Notes: generated from the sequence alone by a model not told the origin. 17,044 nt of DNA from Candidatus Jordarchaeales archaeon (GCA_038858525.1 JAWCFL010000034.1:1-17044); one strand, 5' to 3'. Positions 7,370 through 15,909 are shown, counted from the stretch's first letter. A program made the numbers and translations.

Positions 7370-8197
7370 GTGCCTTTGGGTTTGGTTGTGAAGGTTTACG
7401 CTTTGAACTCTGGGGGAGTGAAGCGCTTCTCAGGTCACCTTGTTAGAGGAGGGCTACTGGGATTTTTCAGCAGAGTTGACCCTGATCTCGCCGGTGCGCT
7501 TCATGCACCGGACCAGCTTAGGCCTTACAGTGTTTCTCCCATTTTTCCATTGGGGGAAAAGAGGATCCACGGAGACCTTTTACATGTTAAGACGGGGGAC
7601 GAGTTCCAGTTTCGCTTAGGATTCCTCGTGGATGACATCGGAAAGAGGCTACTCGAGCGGCTTTTCGACTTAAAGGTTAAGCTGGGAGAGGTAGAGTTCT
7701 CGCTGGTCGAAGTCAACCTGAGAAAGAAGAACTACGACGAGTTCGTTAAGGACGTGAACGTAAGCGACAGGTTTAGAGTGTTTTTCAGGACGCCGACGCA
7801 GCTCTCAGTGCGGGGCGTCGACTTCCCCTTCTTGTTCCCTGACCCACGCTACGTTTACCCCAGTATTGCGAGGCTCTGGAACGCCTTCGCCCCCGAGTAC
7901 GTTAGAGTCGACGTTGACGAGCTTTACAGGTGGGTTTCGGACAACGTTTACGTGCGCAACTACTCCCTCAGGACGGTGAACGTGACGATGGGGAAGGAGA
8001 GGAGGGTGGCGGGCTTCACGGGATACGCGGACTTCTACATGAAGAGCACCGACGGTTACGCTTCATGGGTCACGATCCTCTCAGAGTACGCCACATACTC
8101 AAACGTCGGAGTGAAGAGGACGGGGGGAATGGGCGTGGTGGACGTCGAGCCCCCAAAAAAGGGAAAAAGCGAAGCCGACTCCCCCCAGGATGCGTGA
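7370..8197 (+). CDS. cas6: CRISPR precursor RNA endoribonuclease Cas6
   Basis: Motifs GHLVRG, ALH...RPYSVSP, FRTPT, FPDP...SIARLWNAF and GFTG, plus the C-terminal Gly-rich loop NVGVKRTGGMG. Likely start is GTG 7370 (track start 7340). Confidence 0.93.
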   Translation: MPLGLVVKVYALNSGGVKRFSGHLVRGGLLGFFSRVDPDLAGALHAPDQLRPYSVSPIFPLGEKRIHGDLLHVKTGDEFQFRLGFLVDDIGKRLLERLFDLKVKLGEVEFSLVEVNLRKKNYDEFVKDVNVSDRFRVFFRTPTQLSVRGVDFPFLFPDPRYVYPSIARLWNAFAPEYVRVDVDELYRWVSDNVYVRNYSLRTVNVTMGKERRVAGFTGYADFYMKSTDGYASWVTILSEYATYSNVGVKRTGGMGVVDVEPPKKGKSEADSPQDA

Positions 8198-8277
8198 CTG
8201 GTTCTTGATGTTCAAAGCCACGGTGCAGTAGCCTGTGCGGCGAAAATTACCGTGAAGAGAGCCACGAGCTTCCACAC

Positions 8278-8385
8278 TTATCAGGGTTACTATCTCTCGA
8301 TTTAATTTGTAGCCGATTGAGGATTAGGGGTAAATACCGATGAACTTAAGTATCAGGGTTGTTGTCTCTCGATTTAATTTGTAGC
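8278..8385 (-). CRISPR. Candidate degenerate single-spacer mini-array, repeat ~GCTACAAATTAAATCGAGAGACAACAACCCTGATAC
   Basis: 35-bp direct repeats at 8279-8313 and 8351-8385 (3 mismatches) are separated by 37 unique bp. Minus-strand ends GCTACAA.../...TGATAC resemble GTTGCAA.../...TGAAAC. The unit begins about 80 bp after the cas6 stop. Confidence 0.5.
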
Positions 8386-8565
8386 GCTCGTCAAGTTTCC
8401 GCCCTCGCTCGACCCCTCCTTCAATAAGCCTTCTGGAAACTCTCAGTTGGTGCTTATTCTGGAGGTCCCGCGTTTTCCGGGCGCGAGAAGCCGTTACGCC
8501 ACACCTCGAAGACCCAACACGCTTCGAAGCAATCAAAGAAACACCCCGGGAACACTAACCATTGA

Positions 8566-9155
8566 AGCGCCGAAGCGCGAAGCCTGGGAGGATATCAAAG
8601 CCCTACAAGACAACTTCAACAAGTTGTACGAGGAGCAGGTTAGGCTCAGGGGGACTTTAGAAGCATGCTTGCTAGGGTTGATGCTTTGGAGAGGAATGTT
8701 GCTGAGCTGAGTGCGGGGCAAAAGAGGCTTGATGTGAAGTTTAATGGTCTTAGGGGAAGTATGCTTGCTGGTTTCGATTCTCTTATGAGTCGATTCTCTT
8801 AGGAGGTTTGCGGGTGTTACCTTTGAGGAGTTTGTGAGGGAGATGTTGAGCGGTTCTCTTGTTGGAATGAATGTTCTGCCTGAAGGAGAGCGCTTGGAGA
8901 GACGGGTGCTTGATGAACCTTTTTACGAGGACCCTTTGATGGTTGGAGAAGTGACGGCGCACGCCGAGAGCGGCGAGGAAGTCGATAAGCTTCTTGGAAG
9001 GGCTAGGGTTGTCGAGGAGAAGTATGGAAGGGGGCCCATGTTGTTCCTTGTGATTCTGACGGCGATGAGGGAGGCGGCTAGGGATAAGAGATCTCTCCAG
9101 GCAACATAAAATAGAGTTAATTTTTGGGAGGAGGTTTAACCCGGGTGGGATGTGA
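8566..9155 (+). pseudogene. Degraded coiled-coil + PD-(D/E)XK-like protein (DUF3782-type archaeal family)
   Basis: Stitched frames read WEDIKALQDNFNKLYEEQVRLR / DFRSMLARVDALERNVAEL...AGFDSL / RRFAGVTFEEFVREML...EDPLMVGEVTAHAESGEEVDKLLGRARVVEEKYGRGPMLFLVILTA / IRDLSRQHKIELIFGR. Frameshifts are at ~8650 (G5), 8774-8801 (12-bp duplication) and ~9083. The family is recognised from memory of the pattern. Confidence 0.7.
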
Positions 9156-9223
9156 CCGTTAAACAGTGTTTTTTGAAGAATTTCTCGCTTTAGCGAGAAA
9201 AATAGGGGGTTTTGTAGGGGGAA

Positions 9224-11578
9224 TTATTGTAGTTGTGCTATCATTTGTTTGGCTGCGTTGACGAACTTGTCTGCTTCGGCGCAATCCACGTTAACCATTT
9301 GGATTTTCTGCGGGTTTAGTCCTAACTGCTTCAGCATCTCTCTGAGGAGAGCTACTCTTGCGCCCATCGCTCTTACTCCTTTGTCGAAGTGGCATCTTCT
9401 TTCGAAGCAGCCGACTATTAGTACTCCATCTACTCCGTTCGTCAGAGCCTTGAGTATTTCTTGCGGGTCGATGACCGCTGTGCACGGCACCTCCATCACT
9501 CTGACGTTCGCTGGGTATTCGAGTCCAAGCATGCCCGCGTAGTCTATGGCGGAGTAGCCGCACTCGTAACACGCTATCGCCACGATGTTCGGTTTTGTCC
9601 CGTCATAGGTTAGCCCCTCGATTGTCGCGGTGATCTGCTCGTCAGTGTGGTGCCTTAACTGTATGGCCTCTGCGGGGCAGGCTCCGGCGCACAGTCCACA
9701 CCCGAAGCACTTCGCCTCCTTAACCATTGCCGCTTCGCCCTCAACGACCGATATCGCCTTGAAGGGGCAAGCCCACTCGCAGACTAGGCACTTTCCGCAT
9801 GCATACGCGTCGACGACTGCGGTGAGGAGAGGCTTCTCGATCTTCCCCCTCTTCATTAACCTGGCAGCCATTATCGCTGCAGCTGAGGCGTGGGAGACGC
9901 TGTAGGGTATGTCCATTGGCGTCATCGCTGCTCCCGCTACGAAGACGCCTGCAACGTTCGTCTCGGCGGGCCTAACTTTCCTGTCAAGTGTTTCGATGTA
10001 GCCGTCTGGTCCAAGCTTGACGCCGAGTATCCTTGCCAGCTCCTGGGTTCCCTTGGATGGAACCATGGACATTGAGAGGGCGACCATATCCGCCTTGATC
10101 CTGTTGTACTCGCCGGTCAGCGTATTCTCGACGTCCACAACAAGCTCGCCCTCCTCTCCGGGGACGATGCACGCCGGCTTACCCCTCACGAAGGTGACGC
10201 CCAGCTCCCTTGCCTCCCTGTAGTACTCCTCGTATCTTGACCCAACAGGCCTCATGTCCATGTAGGCTATGACGACATCCACTTCGGGGAACCTTCTCTT
10301 GATCATGACCGCGTGCTTGAGGGCTATCATGCAGCATATGTTTGAGCAGTAGAAGTTGTGCTTCTCATCCCTCGACCCGGCGCACTGTATCATCACTATT
10401 CTCTTGACTGGGCGCCCGTCGGACCTCCTCACCAGCCTGCCGCCAGTCGGGCCGGTTATGTCGAGCAGCCTTGCGAGGTCCACTTGGGTGACGACGTCGG
10501 GGATCTTACCGTAACCGTAGTCCACAAGCCTTCTCGGGTCGTACTCCTCGAACCCCGTCGCCACAATTATTGTCCCAGCGTTGATCACGACTTCTTCCTC
10601 TTTCTCGTCTAGGTTTATGGCGTTGACAGGGCAGGCATCCACACACTTCGCGCACTCCTTAAACTTGCAATTTTCCGGGTCTATCACGTATATGGGTGGT
10701 ATGGCTTGGGGGAACGGGAGGTATATCGCCTTTCTCTCGCTCAACCCAAGGTTGAACTCGTCGGGGACGCTTACCGGGCAGACTTCGGCGCAGGCACCAC
10801 AGTTAATGCAGGCGTCGCTCACATACCTCGGCTTCTTCCTGACGACCACGCTGAAGTTGCCCACCTCACCAACCACATTGACTACTTCTGCGTTCGTCAT
10901 CACCTGTATTCGTGGGTCAACCTCCAACGCAGCCCTGTAAATGCACTTCCTAGTGGAGTCCCCTCCGAGTGCTGGGCACGCAGTTGTCCGGACGCAGAGA
11001 GAACAGTCATCTGTCGGGAAGACTGTTCCAAGCTTGAGGCATAGTCCTCCAAGCGTAGGCTGCCTCTCAACTATCGTGACGTCGAAGCCCAGCTCAGCCA
11101 GCTCCTGCGCCGCCGTTATGCCGCTTATACCCCCACCTATGACGAGCGCCCTCTGATGTATTGGGACAGGCTTGACCGGGACCTCCTCAAGCTTCTCAGC
11201 CCTGTTGGCTGCAGCGTTTATGAGCGCCTTCGCCTTCCCCGTCGCCTCCTTTGGCTGGCTTGGGTGAGCCCAAGCGCACTGCTCCCTTATGTTTGCCACG
11301 ACGAGGCTGTACCTGCTCAGCCCGGCAGCCTCGACGCTTCTCGCCAGCTCCTCCCCCTTAACCTTGGGGGAGCACGCCGCAACCACTACGCGGTCCACGC
11401 CTGCCTTTCTGGTTTTCTCCCTCAGCTCCCTCAGTCCTGACTCGCCGCAGAGGTCGCTGTGCCTCACGACGAAGGCGAACCTTCCACTCTTCTCAGCCCA
11501 TGAGGTCAGCTCGTCAAAGTTAAGGTTCTTGGTTAGGGTTCCACCGCAGTCACAAATGAAGAGCCCAATTTTCGCCAA
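9224..11578 (-). CDS. hdrA: Heterodisulfide reductase subunit A fused to a C-terminal MvhD (methyl-viologen hydrogenase delta) domain
   Basis: Motifs: GLFICDCG, VAACSP, NIREQCAWAH, FAD motif LVIGGGISG, FPTDDCSLC, ferredoxin CxxCxxCxxxCP repeats, MIQCAGSRD, YCSNICC, and MvhD motifs IACYECGY / VPC / GC...CHF. Likely start is TTG 11578 with SD GGAGG (track start 11599). Confidence 0.95.
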   Translation of the reverse strand: MAKIGLFICDCGGTLTKNLNFDELTSWAEKSGRFAFVVRHSDLCGESGLRELREKTRKAGVDRVVVAACSPKVKGEELARSVEAAGLSRYSLVVANIREQCAWAHPSQPKEATGKAKALINAAANRAEKLEEVPVKPVPIHQRALVIGGGISGITAAQELAELGFDVTIVERQPTLGGLCLKLGTVFPTDDCSLCVRTTACPALGGDSTRKCIYRAALEVDPRIQVMTNAEVVNVVGEVGNFSVVVRKKPRYVSDACINCGACAEVCPVSVPDEFNLGLSERKAIYLPFPQAIPPIYVIDPENCKFKECAKCVDACPVNAINLDEKEEEVVINAGTIIVATGFEEYDPRRLVDYGYGKIPDVVTQVDLARLLDITGPTGGRLVRRSDGRPVKRIVMIQCAGSRDEKHNFYCSNICCMIALKHAVMIKRRFPEVDVVIAYMDMRPVGSRYEEYYREARELGVTFVRGKPACIVPGEEGELVVDVENTLTGEYNRIKADMVALSMSMVPSKGTQELARILGVKLGPDGYIETLDRKVRPAETNVAGVFVAGAAMTPMDIPYSVSHASAAAIMAARLMKRGKIEKPLLTAVVDAYACGKCLVCEWACPFKAISVVEGEAAMVKEAKCFGCGLCAGACPAEAIQLRHHTDEQITATIEGLTYDGTKPNIVAIACYECGYSAIDYAGMLGLEYPANVRVMEVPCTAVIDPQEILKALTNGVDGVLIVGCFERRCHFDKGVRAMGARVALLREMLKQLGLNPQKIQMVNVDCAEADKFVNAAKQMIAQLQ

Positions 11579-11595
11579 AAATGACTCCTCCTTTT

Positions 11596-12495
11596 TCACT
11601 TTCCTCCGTTGAGCTTTGCTAGTAGCGGGTCAACCTTGGTTCTGTTAGACTTAAGCTCAAGCTCGTCCGGCGTCATACCCATCGCGAGCCCTAGGAGCTG
11701 CGTGTAGTAGAGCACAGGTATGTTGTAGTCTTTCCCGTATGTCTTATTGATGATCATCTGTCTAACGTCGTACTGCCTGAAGCAGACAGGGCAGAGTACG
11801 GCCATGCAGTCTGCTTTAGCCTGCGTCATGTAGTGGAGCTTCTCCATGACCATTTTGACGTTCGTCGCCTCGTCTAGGTTGCCGACGCCACACCCACAGC
11901 AGAGGAATTTTCTGAAGTAGTCGACGCTCTCAGCTCCCGTCGCCTCAACGAGGGCGTCCAGCAGGACGGGGTTGAATGGGTCGTCCACTTGGAGCAGGTG
12001 GCTGGGCCTGAGAATGTGGCACCCGTAGTGGGCCGCAACCTTCACGCCCTTAAGTGGCCTCTCAACATAGCTTCTAAGCTTTGCTGGTCCAACATCCTCG
12101 TAAAGGACCTGGGCGAAGTGCTTAACCTCAACTCTACCCTTGTACTCCCTCCCGATCTTTGAGAGTGCCTCGGCAACCCTGCTTCTCAGCTTCGCGTCGT
12201 GCTCAAGCAGCACCTTGGCTTCTTTAAGTGTCTCGAAGCATCCGTTGCAGAACGCGATGATGTCGAGCCCGGCTTCTTCGGCAACGCAAAGGTTTCTGGC
12301 TGCCAGCGTCACCCACGTCGTCATGTCCAGTCCAGGGGTTCCGATGGGCTCAGGGCAGCACGAGAAACCGGCGATGTCCTTAACTTCAACGTCGAGCTTG
12401 CCGAAAACTTTCCTTATTGATATTTCGAGGTGCGGCAGAAGGTTCGGTATGACGCACCCCAAAAACATGGCGTAACCACTACTGCTGCTTGCCAC
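11596..12495 (-). CDS. hdrB: Heterodisulfide reductase subunit B
   Basis: Two CCG domains (FLGC, FSCCPEP, FCNGC, HYGCH, LCCGCG, LCPVC). Lies between hdrC and hdrA. Confidence 0.95.
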   Translation of the reverse strand: MASSSSGYAMFLGCVIPNLLPHLEISIRKVFGKLDVEVKDIAGFSCCPEPIGTPGLDMTTWVTLAARNLCVAEEAGLDIIAFCNGCFETLKEAKVLLEHDAKLRSRVAEALSKIGREYKGRVEVKHFAQVLYEDVGPAKLRSYVERPLKGVKVAAHYGCHILRPSHLLQVDDPFNPVLLDALVEATGAESVDYFRKFLCCGCGVGNLDEATNVKMVMEKLHYMTQAKADCMAVLCPVCFRQYDVRQMIINKTYGKDYNIPVLYYTQLLGLAMGMTPDELELKSNRTKVDPLLAKLNGGK

Positions 12496-13024
12496 CGCTA
12501 CTCTCCTCCTTAACTGCTTTCTCCTCCTTGGCGGTCAACTTGACGAAGCCTAAGTGCTCGAGCAAAGCTCTAATCTCGGCTGGGTCAGCCGTTTTAAGCT
12601 CGGGGAGCCCCATCTTAGCTCTCCTGGAAATCGTCGCTTTTGATGGAGCATTAACCAGCCCGGTCTCGATCAGGACTTTTGCCTCAGCCCTTAAGTGCTC
12701 CGGGAAGTTTCCCGCCTTCGTTGCAAGGTTCCTCAGCGTGGCAAGTAGCTCGCTCACCCTAACACCCTGAGGGCAGACCTCGGTGCAGTTATGGCACACC
12801 GTGCACAACCATATGTTGGGGTCATGGATGAGTTCATCCTTCTTACCCGTCAGCATGCCCTCTATGAGTCTCCTCGGGTTATACTTCGAGTTGTATCTAA
12901 ACACGGGACAAATCCCTGAGCACGTCGCGCACTGGTAGCAGAAGTTAATTGTTTCTCCTTCCTCGTGGAGCTCCGCCAGCTCCTTCCTGAAGCGGGTGTT
13001 TATCTCATGATACGTTTCCACCAT
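12479..13024 (-). CDS. hdrC: Heterodisulfide reductase subunit C
   Basis: CYQCATCSGICP and WLCTVCHNCTEVCPQGV 2x[4Fe-4S] motifs. Overlaps the hdrB start. Confidence 0.95.
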   Translation of the reverse strand: MVETYHEINTRFRKELAELHEEGETINFCYQCATCSGICPVFRYNSKYNPRRLIEGMLTGKKDELIHDPNIWLCTVCHNCTEVCPQGVRVSELLATLRNLATKAGNFPEHLRAEAKVLIETGLVNAPSKATISRRAKMGLPELKTADPAEIRALLEHLGFVKLTAKEEKAVKEESSGGKQQ

Positions 13025-13308
13025 TAGCTATCATCCCTTCTTTTTGAATAATCTAAGCGGGGGAGAATTAAGTCTCGCCCGTTGTTACAGGACAGCTAAG
13101 TTTTAAAAATTTTTACTCTCTCAAATGATGAAAACCACATGCAGCACTGTGAAGCGTCCAGAAGGCCCCTGACCCTCCAGTGAATTCGCATCGATTTTTG
13201 ACCATACCTCTTTCGGTTTGCGGCTCCCTCTAACCTGTTTGAAAAGAAGAAAACGGTTTTATGTTGCTCCTCGCTAAATGTGAGGAGGGCTGTGTTGGAG
13301 GGTTCATC

Positions 13309-14091
13309 TTGGGGAGGATTCGAGTAGTGGATTTGAGCGTCCCAATAGAACCTGCACCAAGCGAGTTTCTCCCTCCCGAAGTGATCCATAAGGGTCACAG
13401 GGAAGGAGCAGCCGTCATGAGCGCCCTTTTCGGGTGTAGAGAGGAAGAGTTGCCTGACGGGTTAGGGTGGGCTGACGATACGCTCAACAACCTTTCAACG
13501 CACCACGGTACGCATCTCGACGCCCCGTGGCATTTCGCCCCGGTGAGTGAGGGAAGACCGGCGAAGACTATCGACGAGGTTCCACTCGAGTGGTGCTACG
13601 GTGACGGGGTAATACTGGACATGAGGCATAAGCCGCCCGGCTCGGGAGTAACCGTGGACGACCTAAGGCAGGCACTGGAAAAAATAGGTTACCAGTTGAA
13701 GTCCGGCGACATAGTCCTCATAATGACCGGCGCGGACAAGCTTTGGGGGAAACGAGAGTACCTTAACGCTGGCTGCGGGATGACGCGGGAGGCAACGCTT
13801 TGGCTCATAGAGCAGGGTGTAAGAGTCATGGGGACTGATGCTTGGGGCTGGGACAAGCCCTTCTGGGCAATCAAGGAGGAGTATGAAAAAACGGGTGACG
13901 CCGGCGTAATCTGGGAGGCACACTACGCGGCAAGAGAGAAAGAGTACGTTCACGTGGAGAAGCTCGCCAACCTAGATTACCTGTACGACGTTCTCAGAAG
14001 GCCCTACGGCTTCAAGGTGGCATGCTTCCCTGTGAAGGTTAAGGGTGCCTCAGCAGGGTGGTGCAGGGCAGTAGCGATATTAGAAGAGTGA
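13309..14091 (+). CDS. Cyclase family metal-dependent hydrolase (kynurenine formamidase KynB-like)
   Basis: Motifs VDLSVPI, HHGTHLDAPWHF, GDIVLIMTG, GTDAWGWD, VEKLANLD, P.KVKGASAGWCRAVA. Likely start is TTG 13309 after GGAGG (track start 13261). Confidence 0.92.
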   Translation: MGRIRVVDLSVPIEPAPSEFLPPEVIHKGHREGAAVMSALFGCREEELPDGLGWADDTLNNLSTHHGTHLDAPWHFAPVSEGRPAKTIDEVPLEWCYGDGVILDMRHKPPGSGVTVDDLRQALEKIGYQLKSGDIVLIMTGADKLWGKREYLNAGCGMTREATLWLIEQGVRVMGTDAWGWDKPFWAIKEEYEKTGDAGVIWEAHYAAREKEYVHVEKLANLDYLYDVLRRPYGFKVACFPVKVKGASAGWCRAVAILEE

Positions 14092-14216
14092 CTCCTTCAC
14101 CAGGTGACAATACTTCACGTTAACTATTTATAATGTTCAAGTGCTCATCGCCCCCGAGTTGCAGGGGATCGGGAAAATAAAGGGATCGGGAAAACAAGTT
14201 GCGGCGAGAATTCGTG

Positions 14217-15521
14217 TTAGGTGATTTTTGTTTCTGCCCATGAGTCCACCATGGCCTTTGGCCATCCTATACCTATAAGTTTTTTAGCGGTTTCCTTAGA
14301 GATAACGCCGTTCTTCATTCTCTCGTAGACTGCCTCTATTGGGACTAGGAAGGGCTTTTTGTCATTCCAATCCCACCCTATGAAAAGCTCGTCTTCGTCA
14401 TCAATGTAGAGGCATACTGCGCGGAGCTTCTGCCTGTGCTTCTCCGTGTAGTCCTTAACCCACGCTGGAACGTTTAGTGCTGTGATGCTTGCTCCTCCTC
14501 TCTCGTCTTCAGCCATCAGTTCCTCTGGCAGGATCACGTCGGTGAGGTGCGTGTGGCCATAGACTATTCTCAGTTTCTCGGCGTCGATGACCTTGCCCTT
14601 GGAGAACCTTTTCCACCATGCACGGAGCCCCTTCACGGATGCTTCACGGTTATACCTGGTTCCGACCAGTTTGTTCCAAACCTTTCTCCCGTAAAGGTAG
14701 AAGATGCGGGGACCGCCCAAAATGGCCCAGAGAAGTATCAAGGCGCCATTGCCGAGGACTGCGAGGACTGGAAGCAACACGCTCCAGAAGCCTAGGCTCA
14801 AACCTAGAAAGCTGAGCGGGAGAAGTTGTGGGAGGGGGACGGAGAACATCAACTGACTTAGGCCAGCAGCGAGAGAGAAGTGCTGCGTCACAGCGTAGTT
14901 TAGTGCTCCTGCAATTATGCCGAGGATGAGTAGCCCGATAAAGAGGTCGCCATACTTGCCGAACGCTACAGCTCCTGAACGGATTCCGGGCAAAAGCTTC
15001 CAAGGCTGAAACCTGAAAATTCTGTCAAACTGGTAGCCGTGAACAAACAGGTAATCTCTGTCACCCCTCTTAAGCGTCGTAACCTTTCCACTCTTTCTTT
15101 CCTGCTCCGGGTAGCAGTCCTCGATTATCGTTAAGGTTTGCTCACCTGAAGGGTAGACTCCCACAAGCGACTTCAAGTCGTAGTCGTGGTTGCCTAAAAG
15201 ATAAATCTTCTCGCAGCTCATTTTCTCAAGCAAATCGAAAATCGGCCTACTACAGTACTCTATGGCTCGGTCAGAGGCATCCCACAGCTCTAGAATATCC
15301 CCGATCAAAACCAACTTCTCAGGAGGCTTCAGAACCTTCTCTCTACGCCCACCACCCCAAGGCCCCAACGCGATGCTTGCCTTCTCACCTCTCTCTAGGC
15401 GAATAAGCCAGCTCAAAAACTGGCCTAGCTTCTCCGGCTCACAAACTATACCCTTCCTCTTTCCTCCACCGACCAGACCAAGATGGCAATCTGAAACGAC
15501 GATTACGCTACCATCACCCAT
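14217..15521 (-). CDS. Calcineurin-like metallophosphoesterase with an inserted transmembrane region
   Basis: All five motifs are present (VSDCHLG, GDILELW, LGNHD, FVHG, GHTH). A ~90-aa hydrophobic stretch lies between motifs 4 and 5. Confidence 0.88.
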   Translation of the reverse strand: MGDGSVIVVSDCHLGLVGGGKRKGIVCEPEKLGQFLSWLIRLERGEKASIALGPWGGGRREKVLKPPEKLVLIGDILELWDASDRAIEYCSRPIFDLLEKMSCEKIYLLGNHDYDLKSLVGVYPSGEQTLTIIEDCYPEQERKSGKVTTLKRGDRDYLFVHGYQFDRIFRFQPWKLLPGIRSGAVAFGKYGDLFIGLLILGIIAGALNYAVTQHFSLAAGLSQLMFSVPLPQLLPLSFLGLSLGFWSVLLPVLAVLGNGALILLWAILGGPRIFYLYGRKVWNKLVGTRYNREASVKGLRAWWKRFSKGKVIDAEKLRIVYGHTHLTDVILPEELMAEDERGGASITALNVPAWVKDYTEKHRQKLRAVCLYIDDEDELFIGWDWNDKKPFLVPIEAVYERMKNGVISKETAKKLIGIGWPKAMVDSWAETKIT

Positions 15522-15582
15522 TCAGTTGCCTCCCCCTAAAAGCTCGTCTAGACCTTACCTAGACTCTATAATGACACGCCGT

Positions 15583-15596
15583 ATATTAAATTTCCC
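15583..15596 (-). promoter_or_regulatory. Putative BRE-TATA promoter for the metallophosphoesterase gene
   Basis: Minus strand reads GGGAAA-TTTAATAT about 60 bp upstream of ATG 15521. Confidence 0.45.
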
Positions 15597-15909
15597 TAAA
15601 TAAGCGAACATTAATTGCCATCATGTTCTAACTTTAAGTTACCGGTGAAAGCTTGGAATAATAGCGTGATTCTGCTTCTTTTTCTACTCCGCCCTGGCGT
15701 CTGCTTTTATGCCATATATGGAAGTCAACACTTATGAACGGTCGCTTCGTCAAGACCTTTTATCGGCTACTCAAGGGGGGCTTCCGCATGGATCCTCTAC
15801 ACCTAGAGGTTGCGTGAAACATGCGTTCTTGTTGGTGGCAAAGTCACTGATCTTCGAAGGCTCTTCCCTCTTTCATGATGAGTCCAGTAAGTCTTTCTAA
15901 TAAAAATTC

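Noticed and set aside
8324-8536. 70-aa minus ORF running through the third repeat unit as a host gene for that unit
   Set aside because: The N-terminal part looks non-coding, and the repaired frame would run antisense into cas6. The 'inside a gene' claim is therefore not made for this unit.
9249-12770. Numerous + strand ORFs of 60-120 aa over the hdr operon
   Set aside because: Antisense shadows of well-supported hdrABC genes.
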